From: Auanema rhodensis
Taxonomy: Eukaryota; Animalia; Nematoda
Assembly (NCBI GenBank): GCA_964057225.1
Contig: OZ059898.1
Location: forward strand, 1,798,001-1,862,000
DNA length: 64,000 nt
Reading direction: 5' to 3'
Shown here: positions 27,373 through 42,114 of the stretch, piece after piece
Layout: each line of letters begins with the position of its first letter
How positions within the stretch are numbered: position 1 is the first letter of the stretch
The notes under the pieces: model-generated
Database searches by the model: none
Told to the model about the DNA's origin: nothing
Seen by the model: the letters and a program-made list of their open reading frames with translations, nothing else
Position numbers and translations under genes: made by a program

Positions 27373-30180
27373 TTGAGTGTACATGGAAACTCAACATACA
27401 CTAATGCATCATTTTTCAAACGATCATAACTAATTTTTGTATTAAGCGTTTCTCAATGTAGTATAGTGCATTCGATGCGGATTTTTAAGCTGCGTCGATC
27501 TGTGTTATCAGATTTGCGCTAGCTTAAAAATGCACCGAGATATCAACTGATATAAGTTCACACTTATATCCTCGATTTTCACCCTGAAGAATTAATTTTT
27601 TTGTTGAATAACATTGTCCATCGTCTTTGCCTTGAAAAAAGGAATCTAAAAACATCTACTTTTTGCTAAATTATTTTGAAATTTTTCGAAAAAATTTTTG
27701 TCAAAATGTTTTTGGAAGCAATGTTGAGTGTACATGGAAACTCAACATACACTAATGCATCATTTTTCAAACGATCATAACTAATTTTTGTATTAAGCGT
27801 TTCTCAATGTAGTATAGTGCATTCGATGCGGATTTTTAAGCTGCGTCGATCTGTGTTATCAGATTTGCGCTAGCTTAAAAATGCACCGAGATATCAACTG
27901 ATATAAGTTCACACTTATATCCTCGATTTTCACCCTGAAGAATTAATTTTTTTGTTGAATAACATTGTCCATCGTCTTTGTCTTGAAAAAAGGAATCTAA
28001 AAACATCTACTTTTTGCCAAATTATTTTGAAATTTTTCGAAAAAATTTCTGTCAAAATGTTTTTGGAAGCAATGTTGAGTGTACATGGAAACTCAACATA
28101 CACTAATGCATCATTTTTCAAACGATCATAACTAATTTTTGTATTAAGCGTTTCTCAATGTAGTATAGTGCATTCGATGCGGATTTTTAAGCTGCGTCGA
28201 TCTGTGTTATCAGATTTGCGCTAGCTTAAAAATGCACCGTGATATCAACTGATATAAGTTCACACTTATATCCTCGATTTTCACCCTGAAGAATTAATTT
28301 TTTCGTTGAATAACATTGTCCATCGTCTTTGCCTTGAAAAAAGGAATCTAAAAACATCTACTTTTTGCTAAATTATTTTGAAATTTTTCGAAAAAATTTT
28401 TGTCAAAATGTTTTTGGAAGCAATGTTGAGTGTACATGGAAACTCAACATACACTAATGCATCATTTTTCAAACGATCATAACTAATTTTTGTATTAAGC
28501 GTTTCTCAATGTAGTATAGTGCATTCGATGCGGATTTTTAAGCTGCGTCGATCTGTGTTATCAGATTTGCGCTAGCTTAAAAATGCACCGAGATATCAAC
28601 TGATATAAGTTCACACTTATATCCTCGATTTTGACCCTGAAGAATTAATTTTTTCGTTGAATAACATTGTCCATCGTCTTTGCCTTGAAAAAAGGAATCT
28701 AAAAACATCTACTTTTTGCTAAATTATTTTGAAATTTTTCGAAAAAATTTTTGTCAAAATGTTTTTGGAAGCAATGTTGAGTGTACATGGAAACTCAACA
28801 TACACTAATGCATCATTTTTCAAACGATCATAACTAATTTTTGTATTAAGCGTTTCTCAATGTAGTATAGTGCATTCGATGCGGATTTTTAAGCTGCGTC
28901 GATCTGTGTTATCAGATTTGCGCTAGCTTAAAAATGCACCGAGATATCAACTGATATAAGTTCACACTTATATCCTCGATTTTCACCCTGAAGAATTAAT
29001 TTTTTTGTTGAATAACATTGTCCATCGTCTTTGCCTTGAAAAAAGGAATCTAAAAACATCTACTTTTTGCTAAATTATTTTGAAATTTTTCGAAAAAATT
29101 TTTGTCAAAATGTTTTTGGAAGCAATGTTGAGTGTACATGGAAACTCAACATACACTAATGCATCATTTTTCAAACGATCATAACTAATTTTTGTATTAA
29201 GCGTTTCTCAATGTAGTATAGTGCATTCGATGCGGATTTTTAAGCTGCGTCGATCTGTGTTATCAGATTTGCGCTAGCTTAAAAATGCACCGTGATATCA
29301 ACTGATATAAGTTCACACTTATATCCTCGATTTTCACCCTGAAGAATTAATTTTTTCGTTGAATAACATTGTCCATCGTCTTTGCCTTGAAAAAAGGAAT
29401 CTAAAAACATCTACTTTTTGCCAAATTATTTTGAAATTTTTCGAAAAAATTTCTGTCAAAATGTTTTTGGAAGCAATGTTGAGTGTACATGGAAACTCAA
29501 CATACACTAATGCATCATTTTTCAAACGATCATAACTAATTTTTGTATTAAGCGTTTCTCAATGTAGTATAGTGCATTCGATGCGGATTTTTAAGCTGCG
29601 TCGATCTGTGTTATCAGATTTGCGCTAGCTTAAAAATGCACCGAGATATCAACTGATATAAGTTCACACTTATATCCTCGATTTTCACCCTGAAGAATTA
29701 ATTTTTTTGTTGAATAACATTGTCCATCGTCTTTGCCTTGAAAAAAGGAATCTAAAAACATCTACTTTTTGCTAAATTATTTTGAAATTTTTCGAAAAAA
29801 TTTTTGTCAAAATGTTTTTGGAAGCAATGTTGAGTGTACATGGAAACTCAACATACACTAATGCATCATTTTTCAAACGATCATAACTAATTTTTGTATT
29901 AAGCGTTTCTCAATGTAGTATAGTGCATTCGATGCGGATTTTTAAGCTGCGTCGATCTGTGTTATCAGATTTGCGCTAGCTTAAAAATGCACCGTGATAT
30001 CAACTGATATAAGTTCACACTTATATCCTCGATTTTCACCCTGAAGAATTAATTTTTTCGTTGAATAACATTGTCCATCGTCTTTGCCTTGAAAAAAGGA
30101 ATCTAAAAACATCTACTTTTTGCCAAATTATTTTGAAATTTTTCGAAAAAATTTCTGTCAAAATGTTTTTGGAAGCAATG

Positions 30181-33100
30181 TTGAGTGTACATGGAAACTC
30201 AACATACACTAATGCATCATTTTTCAAACGATCATAACTAATTTTTGTATTAAGCGTTTCTCAATGTAGTATAGTGCATTCGATGCGGATTTTTAAGCTG
30301 CGTCGATCTGTGGTATCAGATTTGCGCTAGCTTAAAAATGCACCGTGATATCAACTGATATAAGTTCACACTTATATCCTCGATTTTCACCCTGAAGAAT
30401 TAATTTTTTCGTTGAATAACATTGTCCATCGTCTTTGCCTTGAAAAAAGGAATCTAAAAACATCTACTTTTTGCTAAATTATTTTGAAATTTTCCGAAAA
30501 AATTTTTGTCAAAATGTTTTTGGAAGCAATGTTGAGTGTACATGGAAACTCAACATACACTAATGCATCATTTTTCAAACGATCATAACTAATTTTTGTA
30601 TTAAGCGTTTCTCAATGTAGTATAGTGCATTCGATGCGGATTTTTAAGCTGCGTCGATCTGTGTTATCAGATTTGCGCTAGCTTAAAAATGCACCGAGAT
30701 ATCAACTGATATAAGTTCACACTTATATCCTCGATTTTCACCCTGAAGAATTAATTTTTTCGTTGAATAACATTGTCCATCGTCTTTGCCTTGAAAAAAG
30801 GAATCTAAAAACATCTACTTTTTGCTAAATTATTTTGAAATTTTCCGAAAAAATTTTTGTCAAAATGTTTTTGGAAGCAATGTTGAGTGTACATGGAAAC
30901 TCAACATACACTAATGCATCATTTTTCAAACGATCATAACTAATTTTTGTATTAAGCGTTTCTCAATGTAGTATAGTGCATTCGATGCGGATTTTTAAGC
31001 TGCGTCGATCTGTGTTATCAGATTTGCGCTAGCTTAAAAATGCACCGAGATATCAACTGATATAAGTTCACACTTATATCCTCGATTTTGACCCTGAAGA
31101 ATTAATTTTTTCGTTGAATAACATTGTCCATCGTCTTTGTTTTGAAAAAAGGAATCTAAAAACATCTACTTTTTGCTAAATTATTTTGAAATTTTTCGAA
31201 AAAATTTTTGTCAAAATGTTTTTGGAAGCAATGTTGAGTGTACATGGAAACTCAACATACACTAATGCATCATTTTTCAAACGATCATAACTAATTTTTG
31301 TATTAAGCGTTTCTCAATGTAGTATAGTGCATTCGATGCGGATTTTTAAGCTGCGTCGATCTGTGTTATCAGATTTGCGCTAGCTTAAAAATGCACCGAG
31401 ATATCAACTGATATAAGTTCACACTTATATCCTCGATTTTCACCCTGAAGAATTAATTTTTTTGTTGAATAACATTGTCCATCGTCTTTGCCTTGAAAAA
31501 AGGAATCTAAAAACATCTACTTTTTGCTAAATTATTTTGAAATTTTTCGAAAAAATTTTTGTCAAAATGTTTTTGGAAGCAATGTTGAGTGTACATGGAA
31601 ACTCAACATACACTAATGCATCATTTTTCAAACGATCATAACTAATTTTTGTATTAAGCGTTTCTCAATGTAGTATAGTGCATTCGATGCGGATTTTTAA
31701 GCTGCGTCGATCTGTGTTATCAGATTTGCGCTAGCTTAAAAATGCACCGAGATATCAACTGATATAAGTTCACACTTATATCCTCGATTTTCACCCTGAA
31801 GAATTAATTTTTTTGTTGAATAACATTGTCCATCGTCTTTGTCTTGAAAAAAGGAATCTAAAAACATCTACTTTTTGCCAAATTATTTTGAAATTTTTCG
31901 AAAAAATTTCTGTCAAAATGTTTTTGGAAGCAATGTTGAGTGTACATGGAAACTCAACATACACTAATGCATCATTTTTCAAACGATCATAACTAATTTT
32001 TGTATTAAGCGTTTCTCAATGTAGTATAGTGCATTCGATGCGGATTTTTAAGCTGCGTCGATCTGTGTTATCAGATTTGCGCTAGCTTAAAAATGCACCG
32101 TGATATCAACTGATATAAGTTCACACTTATATCCTCGATTTTCACCCTGAAGAATTAATTTTTTCGTTGAATAACATTGTCCATCGTCTTTGCCTTGAAA
32201 AAAGGAATCTAAAAACATCTACTTTTTGCTAAATTATTTTGAAATTTTTCGAAAAAATTTTTGTCAAAATGTTTTTGGAAGCAATGTTGAGTGTACATGG
32301 AAACTCAACATACACTAATGCATCATTTTTCAAACGATCATAACTAATTTTTGTATTAAGCGTTTCTCAATGTGGTATAGTGCATTCGATGCGGATTTTT
32401 AAGCTGCGTCGATCTGTGTTATCAGATTTGCGCTAGCTTAAAAATGCACCGAGATATCAACTGATATAAGTTCACACTTATATCCTCGATTTTCACCCTG
32501 AAGAATTAATTTTTTCGTTGAATAACATTGTCCATCGTCTTTGCCTTGAAAAAAGGAATCTAAAAACATCTACTTTTTGCTAAATTATTTTGAAATTTTC
32601 CGAAAAAATTTTTGTCAAAATGTTTTTGGAAGCAATGTTGAGTGTACATGGAAACTCAACATACACTAATGCATCATTTTTCAAACGATCATAACTAATT
32701 TTTGTATTAAGCGTTTCTCAATGTAGTATAGTGCATTCGATGCGGATTTTTAAGCTGCGTCGATCTGTGTTATCAGATTTGCGCTAGCTTAAAAATGCAC
32801 CGAGATATCAACTGATATAAGTTCACACTTATATCCTCGATTTTCACCCTGAAGAATTAATTTTTTCGTTGAATAACATTGTCCATCGTCTTTGCCTTGA
32901 AAAAAGGAATCTAAAAACATCTACTTTTTGCTAAATTATTTTGAAATTTTTCGAAAAAATTTTTGTCAAAATGTTTTTGGAAGCAATGTTGAGTGTACAT
33001 GGAAACTCAACATACACTAATGCATCATTTTTCAAACGATCATAACTAATTTTTGTATTAAGCGTTTCTCAATGTAGTATAGTGCATTCGATGCGGATTT

Positions 33101-36100
33101 TTAAGCTGCGTCGATCTGTGTTATCAGATTTGCGCTAGCTTAAAAATGCACCGAGATATCAACTGATATAAGTTCACACTTATATCCTCGATTTTCACCC
33201 TGAAGAATTAATTTTTTCGTTGAATAACATTGTCCATCGTCTTTGCCTTAAAAAAAGGAATCTAAAAACATCTACTTTTTGCTAAATTATTTTGAAATTT
33301 TTCGAAAAAATTTTTGTCAAAATGTTTTTGGAAGCAATGTTGAGTGTACATGGAAACTCAACATACACTAATGCATCATTTTTCAAACGATCATAACTAA
33401 TTTTTGTATTAAGCGTTTCTCAATGTAGTATAGTGCATTCGATGCGGATTTTTAAGCTGCGTCGATCTGTGTTATCAGATTTGCGCTAGCTTAAAAATGC
33501 ACCGAGATATCAACTGATATAAGTTCACACTTATATCCTCGATTTTCACCCTGAAGAATTAATTTTTTCGTTGAATAACATTGTCCATCGTCTTTGCCTT
33601 GAAAAAAGGAATCTAAAAACATTTACTTTTTGCTAAATTATTTTGAAATTTTTCGAAAAAATTTCTGTCAAAATGTTTTTGGAAGCAATGTTGAGTGTAC
33701 ATGGAAACTCAACATACACTAATGCATCATTTTTCAAACGATCATAACTAATTTTTGTATTAAGCGTTTCTCAATGTAGTATAGTGCATTCGATGCGGAT
33801 TTTTAAGCTGCGTCGATCTGTGGTATCAGATTTGCGCTAGCTTAAAAATGCACCGTGATATCAACTGATATAAGTTCACACTTATATCCTCGATTTTCAC
33901 CCTGAAGAATTAATTTTTTCGTTGAATAACATTGTCCATCGTCTTTGCCTTGAAAAAAGGAATCTAAAAACATCTACTTTTTGCTAAATTATTTTGAAAT
34001 TTTCCGAAAAAATTTTTGTCAAAATGTTTTTGGAAGCAATGTTGAGTGTACATGGAAACTCAACATACACTAATGCATCATTTTTCAAACGATCATAACT
34101 AATTTTTGTATTAAGCGTTTCTCAATGTAGTATAGTGCATTCGATGCGGATTTTTAAGCTGCGTCGATCTGTGTTATCAGATTTGCGCTAGCTTAAAAAT
34201 GCACCGAGATATCAACTGATATAAGTTCACACTTATATCCTCGATTTTCACCCTGAAGAATTAATTTTTTCGTTGAATAACATTGTCCATCGTCTTTGCC
34301 TTGAAAAAAGGAATCTAAAAACATCTACTTTTTGCTAAATTATTTTGAAATTTTCCGAAAAAATTTTTGTCAAAATGTTTTTGGAAGCAATGTTGAGTGT
34401 ACATGGAAACTCAACATACACTAATGCATCATTTTTCAAACGATCATAACTAATTTTTGTATTAAGCGTTTCTCAATGTAGTATAGTGCATTCGATGCGG
34501 ATTTTTAAGCTGCGTCGATCTGTGTTATCAGATTTGCGCTAGCTTAAAAATGCACCGAGATATCAACTGATATAAGTTCACACTTATATCCTCGATTTTG
34601 ACCCTGAAGAATTAATTTTTTCGTTGAATAACATTGTCCATCGTCTTTGTTTTGAAAAAAGGAATCTAAAAACATCTACTTTTTGCTAAATTATTTTGAA
34701 ATTTTTCGAAAAAATTTTTGTCAAAATGTTTTTGGAAGCAATGTTGAGTGTACATGGAAACTCAACATACACTAATGCATCATTTTTCAAACGATCATAA
34801 CTAATTTTTGTATTAAGCGTTTCTCAATGTAGTATAGTGCATTCGATGCGGATTTTTAAGCTGCGTCGATCTGTGTTATCAGATTTGCGCTAGCTTAAAA
34901 ATGCACCGAGATATCAACTGATATAAGTTCACACTTATATCCTCGATTTTCACCCTGAAGAATTAATTTTTTTGTTGAATAACATTGTCCATCGTCTTTG
35001 CCTTGAAAAAAGGAATCTAAAAACATCTACTTTTTGCTAAATTATTTTGAAATTTTTCGAAAAAATTTTTGTCAAAATGTTTTTGGAAGCAATGTTGAGT
35101 GTACATGGAAACTCAACATACACTAATGCATCATTTTTCAAACGATCATAACTAATTTTTGTATTAAGCGTTTCTCAATGTAGTATAGTGCATTCGATGC
35201 GGATTTTTAAGCTGCGTCGATCTGTGTTATCAGATTTGCGCTAGCTTAAAAATGCACCGAGATATCAACTGATATAAATTCACACTTATATCCTCGATTT
35301 TCACCCTGAAGAATTAATTTTTTTGTTGAATAACATTGTCCATCGTCTTTGTCTTGAAAAAAGGAATCTAAAAACATCTACTTTTTGCCAAATTATTTTG
35401 AAATTTTTCGAAAAAATTTCTGTCAAAATGTTTTTGGAAGCAATGTTGAGTGTACATGGAAACTCAACATACACTAATGCATCATTTTTCAAACGATCAT
35501 AACTAATTTTTGTATTAAGCGTTTCTCAATGTAGTATAGTGCATTCGATGCGGATTTTTAAGCTGCGTCGATCTGTGTTATCAGATTTGCGCTAGCTTAA
35601 AAATGCACCGTGATATCAACTGATATAAGTTCACACTTATATCCTCGATTTTCACCCTGAAGAATTAATTTTTTCGTTGAATAACATTGTCCATCGTCTT
35701 TGCCTTGAAAAAAGGAATCTAAAAACATCTACTTTTTGCTAAATTATTTTGAAATTTTTCGAAAAAATTTTTGTCAAAATGTTTTTGGAAGCAATGTTGA
35801 GTGTACATGGAAACTCAACATACACTAATGCATCATTTTTCAAACGATCATAACTAATTTTTGTATTAAGCGTTTCTCAATGTGGTATAGTGCATTCGAT
35901 GCGGATTTTTAAGCTGCGTCGATCTGTGTTATCAGATTTGCGCTAGCTTAAAAATGCACCGAGATATCAACTGATATAAGTTCACACTTATATCCTCGAT
36001 TTTCACCCTGAAGAATTAATTTTTTCGTTGAATAACATTGTCCATCGTCTTTGCCTTGAAAAAAGGAATCTAAAAACATCTACTTTTTGCTAAATTATTT

Positions 36101-39100
36101 TGAAATTTTCCGAAAAAATTTTTGTCAAAATGTTTTTGGAAGCAATGTTGAGTGTACATGGAAACTCAACATACACTAATGCATCATTTTTCAAACGATC
36201 ATAACTAATTTTTGTATTAAGCGTTTCTCAATGTAGTATAGTGCATTCGATGCGGATTTTTAAGCTGCGTCGATCTGTGTTATCAGATTTGCGCTAGCTT
36301 AAAAATGCACCGAGATATCAACTGATATAAGTTCACACTTATATCCTCGATTTTCACCCTGAAGAATTAATTTTTTCGTTGAATAACATTGTCCATCGTC
36401 TTTGCCTTGAAAAAAGGAATCTAAAAACATCTACTTTTTGCTAAATTATTTTGAAATTTTTCGAAAAAATTTTTGTCAAAATGTTTTTGGAAGCAATGTT
36501 GAGTGTACATGGAAACTCAACATACACTAATGCATCATTTTTCAAACGATCATAACTAATTTTTGTATTAAGCGTTTCTCAATGTAGTATAGTGCATTCG
36601 ATGCGGATTTTTAAGCTGCGTCGATCTGTGTTATCAGATTTGCGCTAGCTTAAAAATGCACCGAGATATCAACTGATATAAGTTCACACTTATATCCTCG
36701 ATTTTCACCCTGAAGAATTAATTTTTTCGTTGAATAACATTGTCCATCGTCTTTGCCTTAAAAAAAGGAATCTAAAAACATCTACTTTTTGCTAAATTAT
36801 TTTGAAATTTTTCGAAAAAATTTTTGTCAAAATGTTTTTGGAAGCAATGTTGAGTGTACATGGAAACTCAACATACACTAATGCATCATTTTTCAAACGA
36901 TCATAACTAATTTTTGTATTAAGCGTTTCTCAATGTAGTATAGTGCATTCGATGCGGATTTTTAAGCTGCGTCGATCTGTGTTATCAGATTTGCGCTAGC
37001 TTAAAAATGCACCGAGATATCAACTGATATAAGTTCACACTTATATCCTCGATTTTCACCCTGAAGAATTAATTTTTTCGTTGAATAACATTGTCCATCG
37101 TCTTTGCCTTGAAAAAAGGAATCTAAAAACATTTACTTTTTGCTAAATTATTTTGAAATTTTTCGAAAAAATTTCTGTCAAAATGTTTTTGGAAGCAATG
37201 TTGAGTGTACATGGAAACTCAACATACACTAATGCATCATTTTTCAAACGATCATAACTAATTTTTGTATTAAGCGTTTCTCAATGTAGTATAGTGCATT
37301 CGATGCGGATTTTTAAGCTGCGTCGATCTGTGGTATCAGATTTGCGCTAGCTTAAAAATGCACCGTGATATCAACTGATATAAGTTCACACTTATATCCT
37401 CGATTTTCACCCTGAAGAATTAATTTTTTCGTTGAATAACATTGTCCATCGTCTTTGCCTTGAAAAAAGGAATCTAAAAACATCTACTTTTTGCTAAATT
37501 ATTTTGAAATTTTCCGAAAAAATTTTTGTCAAAATGTTTTTGGAAGCAATGTTGAGTGTACATGGAAACTCAACATACACTAATGCATCATTTTTCAAAC
37601 GATCATAACTAATTTTTGTATTAAGCGTTTCTCAATGTAGTATAGTGCATTCGATGCGGATTTTTAAGCTGCGTCGATCTGTGTTATCAGATTTGCGCTA
37701 GCTTAAAAATGCACCGAGATATCAACTGATATAAGTTCACACTTATATCCTCGATTTTCACCCTGAAGAATTAATTTTTTCGTTGAATAACATTGTCCAT
37801 CGTCTTTGCCTTGAAAAAAGGAATCTAAAAACATCTACTTTTTGCTAAATTATTTTGAAATTTTCCGAAAAAATTTTTGTCAAAATGTTTTTGGAAGCAA
37901 TGTTGAGTGTACATGGAAACTCAACATACACTAATGCATCATTTTTCAAACGATCATAACTAATTTTTGTATTAAGCGTTTCTCAATGTAGTATAGTGCA
38001 TTCGATGCGGATTTTTAAGCTGCGTCGATCTGTGTTATCAGATTTGCGCTAGCTTAAAAATGCACCGAGATATCAACTGATATAAGTTCACACTTATATC
38101 CTCGATTTTGACCCTGAAGAATTAATTTTTTCGTTGAATAACATTGTCCATCGTCTTTGTTTTGAAAAAAGGAATCTAAAAACATCTACTTTTTGCTAAA
38201 TTATTTTGAAATTTTTCGAAAAAATTTTTGTCAAAATGTTTTTGGAAGCAATGTTGAGTGTACATGGAAACTCAACATACACTAATGCATCATTTTTCAA
38301 ACGATCATAACTAATTTTTGTATTAAGCGTTTCTCAATGTAGTATAGTGCATTCGATGCGGATTTTTAAGCTGCGTCGATCTGTGTTATCAGATTTGCGC
38401 TAGCTTAAAAATGCACCGAGATATCAACTGATATAAGTTCACACTTATATCCTCGATTTTCACCCTGAAGAATTAATTTTTTTGTTGAATAACATTGTCC
38501 ATCGTCTTTGCCTTGAAAAAAGGAATCTAAAAACATCTACTTTTTGCTAAATTATTTTGAAATTTTTCGAAAAAATTTTTGTCAAAATGTTTTTGGAAGC
38601 AATGTTGAGTGTACATGGAAACTCAACATACACTAATGCATCATTTTTCAAACGATCATAACTAATTTTTGTATTAAGCGTTTCTCAATGTAGTATAGTG
38701 CATTCGATGCGGATTTTTAAGCTGCGTCGATCTGTGTTATCAGATTTGCGCTAGCTTAAAAATGCACCGAGATATCAACTGATATAAGTTCACACTTATA
38801 TCCTCGATTTTCACCCTGAAGAATTAATTTTTTTGTTGAATAACATTGTCCATCGTCTTTGTCTTGAAAAAAGGAATCTAAAAACATCTACTTTTTGCCA
38901 AATTATTTTGAAATTTTTCGAAAAAATTTCTGTCAAAATGTTTTTGGAAGCAATGTTGAGTGTACATGGAAACTCAACATACACTAATGCATCATTTTTC
39001 AAACGATCATAACTAATTTTTGTATTAAGCGTTTCTCAATGTAGTATAGTGCATTCGATGCGGATTTTTAAGCTGCGTCGATCTGTGTTATCAGATTTGC

Positions 39101-42100
39101 GCTAGCTTAAAAATGCACCGTGATATCAACTGATATAAGTTCACACTTATATCCTCGATTTTCACCCTGAAGAATTAATTTTTTCGTTGAATAACATTGT
39201 CCATCGTCTTTGCCTTGAAAAAAGGAATCTAAAAACATCTACTTTTTGCTAAATTATTTTGAAATTTTTCGAAAAAATTTTTGTCAAAATGTTTTTGGAA
39301 GCAATGTTGAGTGTACATGGAAACTCAACATACACTAATGCATCATTTTTCAAACGATCATAACTAATTTTTGTATTAAGCGTTTCTCAATGTGGTATAG
39401 TGCATTCGATGCGGATTTTTAAGCTGCGTCGATCTGTGTTATCAGATTTGCGCTAGCTTAAAAATGCACCGAGATATCAACTGATATAAGTTCACACTTA
39501 TATCCTCGATTTTCACCCTGAAGAATTAATTTTTTCGTTGAATAACATTGTCCATCGTCTTTGCCTTGAAAAAAGGAATCTAAAAACATCTACTTTTTGC
39601 TAAATTATTTTGAAATTTTCCGAAAAAATTTTTGTCAAAATGTTTTTGGAAGCAATGTTGAGTGTACATGGAAACTCAACATACACTAATGCATCATTTT
39701 TCAAACGATCATAACTAATTTTTGTATTAAGCGTTTCTCAATGTAGTATAGTGCATTCGATGCGGATTTTTAAGCTGCGTCGATCTGTGTTATCAGATTT
39801 GCGCTAGCTTAAAAATGCACCGAGATATCAACTGATATAAGTTCACACTTATATCCTCGATTTTCACCCTGAAGAATTAATTTTTTCGTTGAATAACATT
39901 GTCCATCGTCTTTGCCTTGAAAAAAGGAATCTAAAAACATCTACTTTTTGCTAAATTATTTTGAAATTTTTCGAAAAAATTTTTGTCAAAATGTTTTTGG
40001 AAGCAATGTTGAGTGTACATGGAAACTCAACATACACTAATGCATCATTTTTCAAACGATCATAACTAATTTTTGTATTAAGCGTTTCTCAATGTAGTAT
40101 AGTGCATTCGATGCGGATTTTTAAGCTGCGTCGATCTGTGTTATCAGATTTGCGCTAGCTTAAAAATGCACCGAGATATCAACTGATATAAGTTCACACT
40201 TATATCCTCGATTTTCACCCTGAAGAATTAATTTTTTTGTTGAATAACATTGTCCATCGTCTTTGTCTTGAAAAAAGGAATCTAAAAACATCTACTTTTT
40301 GCCAAATTATTTTGAAATTTTTCGAAAAAATTTCTGTCAAAATGTTTTTGGAAGCAATGTTGAGTGTACATGGAAACTCAACATACACTAATGCATCATT
40401 TTTCAAACGATCATAACTAATTTTTGTATTAAGCGTTTCTCAATGTAGTATAGTGCATTCGATGCGGATTTTTAAGCTGCGTCGATCTGTGTTATCAGAT
40501 TTGCGCTAGCTTAAAAATGCACCGTGATATCAACTGATATAAGTTCACACTTATATCCTCGATTTTCACCCTGAAGAATTAATTTTTTCGTTGAATAACA
40601 TTGTCCATCGTCTTTGCCTTGAAAAAAGGAATCTAAAAACATCTACTTTTTGCTAAATTATTTTGAAATTTTTCGAAAAAATTTTTGTCAAAATGTTTTT
40701 GGAAGCAATGTTGAGTGTACATGGAAACTCAACATACACTAATGCATCATTTTTCAAACGATCATAACTAATTTTTGTATTAAGCGTTTCTCAATGTGGT
40801 ATAGTGCATTCGATGCGGATTTTTAAGCTGCGTCGATCTGTGTTATCAGATTTGCGCTAGCTTAAAAATGCACCGAGATATCAACTGATATAAGTTCACA
40901 CTTATATCCTCGATTTTCACCCTGAAGAATTAATTTTTTCGTTGAATAACATTGTCCATCGTCTTTGCCTTGAAAAAAGGAATCTAAAAACATCTACTTT
41001 TTGCTAAATTATTTTGAAATTTTCCGAAAAAATTTTTGTCAAAATGTTTTTGGAAGCAATGTTGAGTGTACATGGAAACTCAACATACACTAATGCATCA
41101 TTTTTCAAACGATCATAACTAATTTTTGTATTAAGCGTTTCTCAATGTAGTATAGTGCATTCGATGCGGATTTTTAAGCTGCGTCGATCTGTGTTATCAG
41201 ATTTGCGCTAGCTTAAAAATGCACCGAGATATCAACTGATATAAGTTCACACTTATATCCTCGATTTTCACCCTGAAGAATTAATTTTTTCGTTGAATAA
41301 CATTGTCCATCGTCTTTGCCTTGAAAAAAGGAATCTAAAAACATCTACTTTTTGCTAAATTATTTTGAAATTTTTCGAAAAAATTTTTGTCAAAATGTTT
41401 TTGGAAGCAATGTTGAGTGTACATGGAAACTCAACATACACTAATGCATCATTTTTCAAACGATCATAACTAATTTTTGTATTAAGCGTTTCTCAATGTA
41501 GTATAGTGCATTCGATGCGGATTTTTAAGCTGCGTCGATCTGTGTTATCAGATTTGCGCTAGCTTAAAAATGCACCGAGATATCAACTGATATAAGTTCA
41601 CACTTATATCCTCGATTTTCACCCTGAAGAATTAATTTTTTCGTTGAATAACATTGTCCATCGTCTTTGCCTTAAAAAAAGGAATCTAAAAACATCTACT
41701 TTTTGCTAAATTATTTTGAAATTTTTCGAAAAAATTTTTGTCAAAATGTTTTTGGAAGCAATGTTGAGTGTACATGGAAACTCAACATACACTAATGCAT
41801 CATTTTTCAAACGATCATAACTAACTTTTGTATTAAGCGTTTCTCAATGTAGTATAGTGCATTCGATGCGGATTTTTAAGCTGCGTCGATCTGTGTTATC
41901 AGATTTGCGCTAGCTTAAAAATGCACCGAGATATCAACTGATATAAGTTCACACTTATATCCTCGATTTTCACCCTGAAGAATTAATTTTTTCGTTGAAT
42001 AACATTGTCCATCGTCTTTGCCTTGAAAAAAGGAATCTAAAAACATTTACTTTTTGCTAAATTATTTTGAAATTTTTCGAAAAAATTTTTGTCAAAATGT

Positions 42101-42114
42101 TTTTGGAAGCAATG
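30181..42114. repeat. 10-mer higher-order repeat (3510 bp) x3, third copy with an internal 4-mer duplication (M111-114 / M115-118)
   Basis: Order: G133+T166+CC; CC; G208+TT258-259; T230; T230+T258+C295+C326; T166; G88+CC; consensus; A262; T284. ORF track spacing 31791/35301/38811 (3510) then 40215 (+1404) agrees. Confidence 0.92.
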
